A DNA stretch of 64,000 bases from Ruditapes philippinarum (lineage: Eukaryota). Both the position numbers and the translations under genes were made by a program. Of the stretch, positions 27,142-39,200 are shown in pieces (the stretch's first letter is position 1; each line of letters begins with the position of its first letter). The notes beneath the pieces were generated by a model. It was not told the origin of the DNA. It searched no databases and saw only the letters and a list, made by a program, of their open reading frames with translations. The DNA lies in assembly GCF_026571515.1 (NCBI RefSeq), contig NW_026854006.1, positions 1 to 64,000 of the forward strand, read 5' to 3'.

Positions 27142-27228
27142 TCACATCAGTTGTGGATGTTTTGCTCCAGGCACGCTTTGCATTTCGACCGAAGGTAACA
27201 TGCTTCTTTCCACAATTTCCCATTTCTC
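27142..27228 (-). CDS. Gene A last coding exon (EKWEIVERSMLPSVEMQSVPGAKHPQLM*)
   Basis: Acceptor ttaatgctcacag, phase 0, TGA at 27142-27144. Confidence 0.6.
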   Translation of the reverse strand, partial: EKWEIVERSMLPSVEMQSVPGAKHPQLM

Positions 27229-30200
27229 CTGTGAGCATTAAATAAATAGAAACATATCATTAAATCAATTCATTTTGAAATTCTAAAATAAGGAAAGCAA
27301 AATTCAATAAACAAACTCGTTGCTATAAATTCCCTTTCTTATTTATTGAAGCTTTTACGAGTATTTTGTACCTTCGAATAAAAATGAAATTAATATCTAT
27401 TTTACAATCATGGCAAAATGACAAAACTTTACATAATGAAAACACACATGTAACTCTTGATATAGTGTCCCTTTAGATTTATATACATTGACAATTATTA
27501 TGAAATTATGTAATATAAAAATCATTCATGTATGATACTATTCAAATTCAAATGTAGTAAGGTAAGCAGGTTTATGCTCAAATATCATCAGTTAGTACAG
27601 GAGCAATTAACAAAAAGTCAATGTATTGTATCGTCGGTTTTGGGACGATATTATGAGTTGAAAACGCTACAGTGCGAGTCGTGTTTGGTTTAGTTACTTT
27701 TGCGTGTTTAAGCGGTGTGGCACCGCCATTTATAAATTTTGTAAAAGATTTGGCTGTAGATGTCTAGAAAGTCACAACATTGTATGTATTTTTGTTTTTT
27801 CCACTCACAGACTGTTACTATATATGATTTACGTATATACATTGATATATTGTTTTGTACTTTGCTACTGTTTGGTGAAATAAGTTTGTAGATTCGTACT
27901 TTAAATTCTCATAACAAATTATATAGAATTTCATATGGAACCTTTTTTCAGCGAAGATGCATAAAGTTTATATTATTTAACCTTAAGTAAAGTACGTTAA
28001 TTTCTAAATTGCAAGTAAAGGTTTATGAACTAAATTACCAGTAGAACTTTGCTTCATTTGAGATGAATATATGACTTTGATAGAAATTTACCTATAGTAC
28101 TAAGTATTTTCTTTTTATATATTTTCATCCTTTCTCACACACACACATGTACTTATTCACATCCACACGATATTCAATAAAGCTGGTTATACTGTCTGAT
28201 AGTAGTTGTGTTAGTTTTTTCACTTTTACGAGGCAGAACAGTCAACTAAAATATTTGCCTATGCAATTTGTGATGGGCGACAGAGAAAGTTGTCCGACAA
28301 CACAACAAATAAATACAAAAAAGACAAAAATAGCACTAGAACGAAATTTAGCCATCAACTGAACGAATTTTTTTTATCATCTTGGATATGAGACCGCGCA
28401 TGAAATTAAAGAAAATAATGCATCCCATTGTAATTAAACCTATTACAAGGTGTTAAACGTTAACCGCTTGCTGTAACAATTGATGACAAGCGTTATTTTA
28501 CGCACGCGTAAAATGGTTGCGAAGAACTGGTCAGTTGTGCAGTGCATACCTTGAAAAGAGCCGAATAATACAACCTTTACGAACGTCTATTTAGATCTGC
28601 GCAGTTGCGGAATTGAAATTACATCCTACACATATAAACTCATAAATAGGTCCAAAGAGAAGACGCACCTATCAGCAGCCAGTGATCATAACGAGGCATT
28701 AGCAGCTATGGTCAAAATGTGTGTTGAAGTTGTGAATAATCGTCCAGACTTGTGGCATACGTTTTTCAAGAAAAAGAAGAATCCATTACTTATTATAGCT
28801 TTATAATAAGATACTTTAAGTGTTTAATATTGTTTAATATTGTGGATGTCAATTTAGAAGTTAGGAACATTACATAAACCTGCATTTTCCTGTTGTCAAG
28901 AATACAACATTTAAGTGTTTGAAATTGTGGATATCAATTGAGAAGTTAGGAATATGGTGATAAATGGTATGTTTACTTATTCATTTTTTTTTATTTTGAT
29001 TTTATACGGAAAATTAAATTACCGTTTCTGTTTGGCAGATGTCGGGACATCACAGGCAATTTAAACAAAATGTACCTGTATAATTATACATTAGAAGACT
29101 ACTTTTATGGCCTCATTTTGTCTGAACTCCATATTTGTTCAATAATCTTGTGCAAAAAAACACGGAAAAGTTGAAATTGCCTGAACAACACAGGCAAAAG
29201 GCACACTTGCTCGCTATAATACCTAAACACCATGTAAAGCTATAATTGTCTGAACACCAAAGGCAAAATGCATATTACCTTCTGGGACTAGTCTTAAGTA
29301 CAGAGCGTTTTTGATGGCGGAATGTCTACTTATTTGACTTAAAATTAAATTATTATTAGTTATTTATTCATTCTTTATTTGTACCGCTATTTTGAATGAA
29401 TGAACTTCTAGAGATGGACATAAGAGTTCAATTCTTTCAGAAACATTGACCAAAATTAGACTGACGGCCAAGAAACCAATCGTCCAACAGTTCCTTATAT
29501 ACATGTCAAAATAGTTATCATATACTCTTAGCGATGATTCTCCAGCCCAAATGCAATTTGTGGATTTTTTAAACACCCTGATATTGTAATCACGGAATAA
29601 ATCCGATCGCAGTGCGTTTTGAGGGTTATGATTCATGCTCAATGAGAGGACCTGAAATATTTCACAGAATCTGGGCCCGGCGATAAGTGATCACCTGGCC
29701 ACTTTGTGCACTTGTGCAATTCTTCGGGCTGGTGGCTGTCATTGCTTTTCAAGTTTTCATAAAGCATACGGCAGTTATTGCTCGTAGGATACTTAAATAT
29801 GCCCAAATGTCATCAAGAGCAGTTTTGCATGTGGAAGGAATGTACTTTTCAGACTGTAAAAATGAAACAAAAAAATTAGGAGACGATATTTGGTGATTGG
29901 TAATTTGAATGAATAGGAGTAAGTTTTCTTCTTTTTATTACTTTTGACATTTAAGTTATTTATCAATTTCAACTTTGCTTTTCTCTAAACAGCCTGACAT
30001 TGTTAGAATTGTCAGCAAAAATAAAATTGAGGTACCACGTGAGGAAAATCTCAAAAAGTAGTTTCGTCATTGAAAAGTGTGAAATTATATTTTGATAATT
30101 TTCACTGTAAAATTATCAAATATAATTTTCACGGATAATTTAGTAATTCACTGAAAACCATAAAATAAAATTGATTCTTTTTCGACAAAACACACTCCTG

Positions 30201-33200
30201 ATCGCAATGTTACATGTCCAAATACCAAAATAGGTATTTAACAATATCTTCATCATTATTGTTATCACTACTCATAAAGCTGTTGCGATGAATGAGTGGA
30301 GAAAACCCCCCAGAATAAATGGATACTAAAACAGTAAATGACTACATTGTAAAGACTTCTGCAACTACTTTTCCAAATGAATTTAATCTTAAAGAATACG
30401 AATAGCTATCATTCAGTTGGACAGATCAAGAAATAATTGTATTTTCAAAGTCAATAATTAACAAAGACTATATTTTGAACATATTGACAAGACCACGATC
30501 AGATGGACGAGTTAGAATCAGCTTGACTTTAAAATTATATAATAGCAATTACGTCGACATAAAAGTTTTAACATGAAACTTCTTTCGTTTCCTTTTCGAA
30601 AACGTCAAATTTGATATTCACTTAACATATCGTTGAAGCCATATTTCCCCATTTCAGAGCGCAGGATCGTTTATATTTAGTTTTCATATCAACGAGGCAT
30701 GTTTACAAGGTCAGACATTATCAGCATTTACACAAAATGTCAGTGAATCAGTAAATTTAACGACAAACTAGGTTTAACGATTTCAATTAGTTAGTACGTC
30801 TTGATCCTTTGAAACAGATTTATCTTTGGGATTCATTGGCACTAAGACAATGACCATGAGATAAATAATGCATTTTCATGAAAAAACAGACCAGCGAATA
30901 ACAGTTTATCAAATTTCATAGATCATAAGCTGTACTGGTTGCGGGATAACAAGGTGTTATTTGTTCATAAAACCATAAGAATGAAATAGAGAAGGGAAAC
31001 TGGAAAAACATAAAAAAGATTATTTTAAAGTTATCACAGCGCTTGATCCGAATAAAGTAATGTTATTGATCTGAGCCTGATCCTAATTCTTCTCCACTTT
31101 TGTTTTTATGACATGGTAATAGCAATGATGGTTTACCACCTATTCGTGAAATAGGAAGGTCATACAGAAGCTAGAAGTAGATCACGTAAAGCTATGACAG
31201 TAAAAGCTGGATAAGATAAATTTGTAAAAATATTTTGCCGTCGGCCTGAAAACCAGTTTCAATAACCATTTTAACAGTACTGTTGTAAATCTCATAACTT
31301 ACTCAAGATCTTTTAAATGCCAACAAATGGTGTAATTTGAATTGCATACCTATCAATGCTAACAAAACTAAGGTCATGTATATTTCCTCAAAACATAAGC
31401 AAAATTATATTTGTGAAAGTGATCCTTGTATTTTGTGTAAAACAGAGCAAATTGTTTGTAGCTCTGAAGAAAAATTACTGGGTATTTCAATAAATAACAC
31501 CTTATCTTGGCAAAGTCATATTGATAATGTTCTAAAAAAATGCAACTCATTGTTTCATTTATTATCTCGTAAAAAATTATTTATATCTATACCTGTGCGT
31601 AAAATGTTTTACAATGCATATACTTTACCACATCTTGACTATTGTTGCATTATTTACGGTAACTTTACGTCTTTTCTAGAAGATAAACTCATTACGTTCC
31701 AAAAGAGAGCAGCAAGACTAGTTCTAGACAAAGATTATGACACTCCATCTGCTGAACTAATTTCTGAACTCAGCTGGATGACCTTTTCGCAGTGGGTTGT
31801 TTTTCAAAAAGCTTTCATGATGTTTAAAATAATGAATAATCAGGCGCCTTGCTATTTAGTGAATTATTTCATTTTATCGTAAGATGTTCATACTCGCATT
31901 TTGCGTTCATCATCTGATTTTTAACTTTATACCCCTAGACCAAATACTGAACAATTTCGTAAGACTTTTATTTATTCTGGATCTTATATTTGGCACGGCC
32001 TGCCTGATTCTATCAAGTCTGCTACAACTGTGAACCATTTTAAAACTTTATACTTGAGATTTAATCACACATGATGCATACAAATTAATAATCTCCTATA
32101 TGTATTTACATATATGTATTTTAATAGTTTAAATATGTTTAATTTATATTGTTCCTTGTTGAGGGCCTCATGGATTCAACGAGTTCTCTTGTTAAATAAA
32201 AGTCTTTATTATTATTATTATTATTATTATAAACACCGCTAAGACGGATATTATTTCTTAATTGGTGTACGGATGATCCGAAGGCGAAGTATGTCATGCA
32301 AACAGAAATTGTACTTTCGATTTCGCCACAATGAGGCTGAATACGATCTGGAGTCGATATGAAACCTAATTCATTAATGAAATGCGCTGTTTCTGTTCTT
32401 ATGAAATTTATCAAATGCAGCTTTGACAGCCTTGATGCCTTGAGTCCTTATACTTCAACATCCCCGTTCATTAACAATGGTTTGATTACAGTGAATGGAA
32501 ACAGGATCATTTTAAACCTTTTAAAGCTACAAACATAACATTCTTATCTTATATGTACGAAATCTGATAACTTACAGAACAAATGGTACATGTATTACAA
32601 TGTAAAGATGTACATGTACCATATATTTGTTTGTTAAAAAACTTAAATCGTAGATGTCTGCAGAGTTACAGCCTGATTATCACTGTTTATTAAAGGTGTA
32701 TTTAACACAAGGGAACAACCCGCTATGGAAACATATGATCACCTTTAGCATTTCTTCCAGGAAAATAAATGATACTTCAATATTTTTGGCTGGAATATAA
32801 ACAAGTTGTGTTATTGTTATCGTTTAAGCGGGGTCAAACACTTAATCTCAGCCTGGATGAGACAAAATAATAATACGCACAACTTATTTACTAGAGACAT
32901 CGGAAGCTGGTCAACATCCGTTTGTGAGTAACAAACAAGGCAAACGTTTCAGCAAGTGAATAATTGTGTTTAAAAATACCAATAAATTACCGAAATCAAC
33001 CATATAGCCACAAAAGAAAAAAATGTCGCTGGATTAGTAGTGCACACCTTTTGGGTACATCAACCGTTACAGAACAGAAAATACATAAATCAGCAGACTG
33101 GAGCAATGCAAACATTTTTAATTAAGAATTTGCTAAATACTGTAACAAACCACTGTAGAATAACAATAGGAAATCATTGCAGGATATTCTGAATACTGTT

Positions 33201-36200
33201 AATTAGTTGACTGTAGAATTTATCTATTGCCTGCGTATTATAAGTTAGATCACATGTTAAATCTTATTAATTCCAAGAAGAATTGAATACTATGTTTATT
33301 TTACAAACTTATCATTTGTTGATGACTAATATCTCTGTGGTTCAATTCATGAGTTTATATGTATGATGAAATTAGATGATTAAACTAGAATTCCCTACAC
33401 CTTACTAGCCCTTAATACGTTCTATGCGGATGAACTTCTATATCAATTCCCGTCTTATAGTGTGACAGTCCATGCATAAGGGAAGCTTACCAAAAATTGT
33501 GCCAGGAATCTGACAGTGCTGACACGCCCGTACTTGGACATTAATTATATCCCGAAACGATATATAGATATTGATAAGCAAGGATCAACAAGAAAGCCTT
33601 AAGATTGAACATAAACATAGTTGATAAGGCATTAAAGGCATCAGTTCATTACCAAAACTAACCAAAAAGATACGTGTGACTTCGCTTTACTATAGAAAAT
33701 TTTGGAAATCAGAACAATGTCGGTACATCACTATCCAACTCATTATAAAAGAAAAATACAAAACTTAAAAAGATATATATATTAAATTTTCTTCAAAATG
33801 AACTTCAAAACTAGGTAAACAAATGGATAGATTCCAAACAATGCCTCTTCAGACAAAGACAACGCGTTTACGCATGATTTAATTTTGGCCTGATTCCAAG
33901 ATATTAAAAAACTCAGGAAACAATGTGATCCCTCGGAAGCATTAATCACAACAAGATAACTTGAAAATTGCAGACTCGGTTTGATTGAGTCTGCACATGA
34001 GGGATAATTAATAAGTGCAACATCTCTCAAGCCCCCTAGCACTGGCTTGAGCGATACTCAATTCACAACACTTAATAGTGCTGGCATCAATTAAGTCTCG
34101 GTAATTACCCTCATTACATGAACTCGGACAGCTATACAGTCGTTATTTGTATACGGAGATATGAAAACATAGTCCAATGTTTATACAATAGTAAAAATAA
34201 AAAAAGCAAGAAACTAAAAATGGGCCCCGAATTGTAAAGTTCATAAATGTGAATGTTTTATGTACTCGTATTTGTATTGACGACTCGATAAGTAAATCGT
34301 GTCATTCCGCAGTAAAGCTTGCGTCTTATACAAAATCATATAAGCCTCGGCTAATTCGCAGCTGAATTAATTCTAAGGCAATACGTATACGAGGGTTGTC
34401 CAAAAAATTCGTGCACTGCAGTTATTGTCGTGTGAGTTATTGATAGAAAAACATTAATTATATATCACTTGAAGGGGAGATATATCTTAAATAATAAAAC
34501 AAAAGAAAAAAACATGTAACCGGCATATCCTGAAAACGAATCGTCATACAGTTACCTTGGTAACGTAATACCGGCGCACGACAAAAAATTGGGTTAGTTC
34601 ATGACTATGATGCATCACGGTATTCTTTAAACACTACATATTAACGTTAAAATTCAGGGAAAAGTGTGTGTACGTATTCCTTACGTCACTAGAAAATATG
34701 GCGTCATTTGCATTCTTGTAACAGTCGTAAACAAACATTTGTTTGCGGTCGTCAGTACTGTAATTACGTGAAAATATCAGTCGCTAAACGTCTGGAAATA
34801 CGGACGATTATTAAATTTGGTGCAAATATTGGTAAAACACCAACAGATACCTACAGAGAACTTAAAATGGCAAGCGGGACAAATTCAGTGTCAAGAAGGC
34901 TGGTTTTTAAATGGCACAAACGCTTTGTGGAAGAGAAAGAGAGTCGGTAGACGATGAAAACCAGTCAGGCAGACGTCCGTCCGTAATGCCGGCGCATGTG
35001 ACGAGGGTTGTCCAATATATTCCTGCACTGGTGGAATATGCTACATGTACGTTGCATTAAAAACAATAAAAACTACACAATACTTTTCACCAATCATTCC
35101 TCTATTGACAGTAAAACAAATTATAACATAAAAAGCAAATACCACTTTATATTTACAAGCAACAAACAATACAATTACAGTAATGAACTAACCCAATGTT
35201 TTGTCTTGCGCCGGTATTACGTTACTAAGGTAACTCAATGACCATTCTTTTACACGACACGCCGGTTACTCGGCTTTTTCTTTTGTTTTCTTATTTGAGA
35301 CATATTACTCTTTCAAGTGATATATAATTCATTTGTCTTTATTAATAACTCTCACGACATTAACTGCAGTGCACGAATATTTTGGACAACCCTCGTATTA
35401 GCGATTTCATTGATTGTATCTAGTAATTGTATGGATGCCGTCTCGTTAAATTTGTATTTGAGAATTAGTCTCGAGTTTAGAATATAAAACATTTTATTAC
35501 AGTTTGTTTAATTTAAATATACAACCTTTATTTTCAATTTCAAATCTTTTTCTTTTTCATTCAAATACTTAGGTTTCCAACCAAACAGGTTTCGAAAAAA
35601 TCCTTTTTTTCGATCCCTTTTCCATGCACAAAGAATGACACTTAGCATTTCTCCATTTAGCTCTATCTCAAGTAACACTGCTTCAACATCCTGAAAGCAT
35701 TTTTATCATTGCTAAACAATGGAACGTTCAATGTTTTTATTATTTACAGGACTAAAAATATTGTGAATTAGGCCCAAATTTGTATTTGCAACTACCAATA
35801 TATAATCGTATTCAATGAATTAACAAATTATTTTTAAATCAAAGTTATCATATATTTATTAATCAATTGTATCAAAACAAAATATTTCTTTAAAAATTAC
35901 AGCACATAATAACCAAAATGGTATTTCAAAAATATATCGATTTAAACTCGGACACTAATACTCTAAACCTGGACATGACGACATAGCGCAATCGTCAATA
36001 GGTATTGAAAAACAGATTAAATGTGCAATGAAGTAAAAAAACAGATAATGATACCTGGATGTTGACTAATCGCTCCTCTATGTAGTCAATAAACGTGTAA
36101 AACAAAGATTCAACATCACGAATTATACTTATTGTTTCTTCAAGGTCATCTGCATGATACATAAAGTGACGATGATAGTAGGTAAATGTCACTTCTGCCG

Positions 36201-39200
36201 AAGTGAGAGGTGAGCGACCGAGTCTGTTTTTAGAAATCTGGAACATCACTAAGTGCTAAATTTAAGCTGGGTTTTACATGCTACATTTAGGTGTGCTATA
36301 TTTTAACGTCTGGTAATCCATTTTATTTATTGGGTTTCATTACTGATTTCATTTATTACTACTTACTTTTAGTTTAGGTAATGATATATAAAGTTATTTT
36401 CGTATTATTGTTAGTAATAAAGAAAACAGTATACTTCAATGTATTATGTTATTTTCATTATCAATTAATGGAATATAGCAACGGTCTTCAGTTAATTTTT
36501 TCATCGGCCCGCCAATTTAGTGTATACAAATTTTAAGTTGTAATGATATCGTAAATAAAAGATCTTATAAATACTATATAAGGTCTACATCAAAATTGTG
36601 GTGTACATAAAAACGAGCGGACGGTATTTCCGAGATCGAGCGGAAGGCCGACATAAACGGCTAATTGTAAGTATTATTTACGGTTTTGTTTTGTAATGCG
36701 TTTAAGTTGCATATTTTCGAAAAACGAAAAATAAATTTTCCTAACGTAGTGAACACGACGATTTGTAGAAAACCCTTCAAATGCTTTACCTTTCGGATCT
36801 TTTCGGAAATGCCGTTCGCTCGTTTTTCCGTACACCATAATTTCAAGGTTGAGCGAGTTTGTCAACGTCCAATATTACAATTACTTGATAAAAAATTGAA
36901 CATGTATCATATCATACAGCGGAGACCGAGTCATGACAAGTTTGTGCATGATCTATAAAGCAACAGAACGCACAATAAACAGAAACATTAATTTTACATT
37001 CATCGCTAATAATACAGCGTTTTCTTGTTCTAGCAAGAATTGCAAGAAGACAAGTGTTGCACTGGAGAATGAAGGAAGAGGTTTCCGACCTATAATATAA
37101 CTATTTTGTTATCACAAAGTTTAGAGAAACTTTGCAAGTGGTGTTCAAAAAAGGTTTCCTTGTCGGGAAAGTCATTTTGAAAATCATGTATCGGCCATTA
37201 ATTTTGCATGAAACCAGCTAAAGGACTGATGTTTATGACAGTTATGTTAAAAAACGTCAACACTGGAACAGAATAAAAATCAACATGAATACGGTAACAT
37301 TAAGACCTTTCGCCACATAATTTGTCTTATAACAGTTTTACAAAGTCTCTCAGGTATTTATTGAATATATTTCATACGAGGTATGAAATGCTTTGTCACA
37401 CTTTTTGTTAATTACATTTATGAAATACGAGGATCTATCAAAACGTTTCTTCCGGTAGTCAGAGAACCCAACTAATGGTCTTACTTTTCAATATAATCCC
37501 CCTCTACATCAATGCACTTTGCCCATCTGTGCTCCAACTTGTTTAACCCTTCAAAATAGAACACTCTATGTTGGTCCTCAAAGAATTCCTCCGCCTCCAT
37601 GACACTTTCATTGCAAGAGTGCTTCCACCATATGCTCTGTTTTTGGATTCTCGATCGAAGTGATGGACCCATGTTTCTTCCTGAGTTACGATCCGGTGGA
37701 TAAAATCATGTTCATCCTCGTAGCGAGACAAAATATATCTTGAAATGGCAAGCCTGGTCCGTTTCTGGTAGTCAGTCAACTGTATGGGGACCCATCTAGC
37801 GGAAACCTTTTACATGCCATAGACATCAGTCAGAATTGCCTGAACTGAACCAAAGCTTATACCCACTTCCCCAGCAATGCTTCGCAGGTCTCGCCTTCTT
37901 TCGCACATGAACAGATCGTGTACAGCTTCGGAAGTTTCATCGTTGGTGGCCTCTTTTGGCCGCCCAGGCCTCTCATCATCTCCAATGATTTCCCTGCCTC
38001 TCTCAAATTCAGCAGCCCATTTTCTCAAAGTGCTATAGGAAGGGGATTCCTTCCCAAATGTATCCATGAGGTCTTCATGGATTTCCTTGGGGCCATCCCT
38101 ATCTTACAGAGGTACTTATTGACGGCCATGATTTCAACTTTCTTCATTTGGTCTAAATGACACAACCCTGTACTGATCAAAATGTGTTTTATATTACTAA
38201 ATCTGCGTAAAGCCATGTGTAACTCGGTCAGTGATCATCAATAAGATATCGGTGTCGACGTATTGTGTGTTAATGTCAGTGTAGTGGCTAGAAGCATATC
38301 GGGTCGATAATTTTTTGATCATACCTGGTATAATCAAAATACTAGTAATTAAACTGTTTATGCTAAATCGTATTTCGATCTTAAACCTTTGCTGAAATAA
38401 ATACTTGCAATTTGCAGGAGCTTTTCAAGATATATATATTTGTTACCACGACATTAAGAGGGACACGAGCGGTTGACCTATTGATATAATCATTAAGCTT
38501 GAGTATGTGTAGCAGAGCCCGTACCGTTAGAGAAATGTAGTTATCTTCCTCTACCCGAGAAAAGCATAAAAGAGCACAAAAACACAAAAAGCGGTACTCG
38601 CAGTAAAAATAACAATCAAAATGCTTGTTCTGGACAATACTTGCCGCTGCGTTACACCCAGTCACAGACGCGGAAGGCCATAATCCAGGCCGTGTAAGCA
38701 ACAACAGGCAGTTTAATTACATATTAAATGAAAATGGCATCGATTTTTCTCTTTTAGAAAGAAAGAGACAATAAAATAAAATTTTAATTAAGTCATTTGG
38801 TGTAGAAAAATATAAAATATATCCTACAAACAAGTAAGCCTTACCAAGTTTCTCCCCCAGTCTTTTTTTAAAGCGGATCTTAGACATTTTATATGATTAG
38901 AAATATAAGTCGTCTGTCAGGAGACAGAATAGCACATGATGGACTAGCGTGTTACAGCATTAAGTGCTACCTCTGATTTACTTAATAAACATGCACCTTG
39001 CAGTTTTCAAAATGGAGCACAACGAGTGAAGACAAACAATAGGTTCGATGTACCATTAAAAAATAAAACAACCCTTTGGTTTTGTTAGTTTTAAAAGTCT
39101 ATTACATCAATTGATTCGAGTACCTCAACCACTAATAAGTCTTCCACAAAACTATATAAATAACCGAGACATGTGGTTACTTTTTCTTTATCAAATGTGC

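Noticed and set aside
32237-32526. AG/GT-bounded minus-strand segment considered as an extra gene A exon
   Set aside because: Contains an in-frame TAA and has a weak donor; gene A is complete without it; the plus strand looks more like a decayed LINE fragment.
35569-35690. Shorter version of the gene A exon using an AA|gtattt donor
   Set aside because: Reading on to AAG|gttgta at 35526 stays open and joins the last exon as a coherent helix (DLKLKIKEKWEIV); the shorter form is not fully excluded.
37481-38216. SETMAR-like host gene
   Set aside because: No SET domain; TIR-bounded, with stops, frameshifts and a deleted catalytic core.
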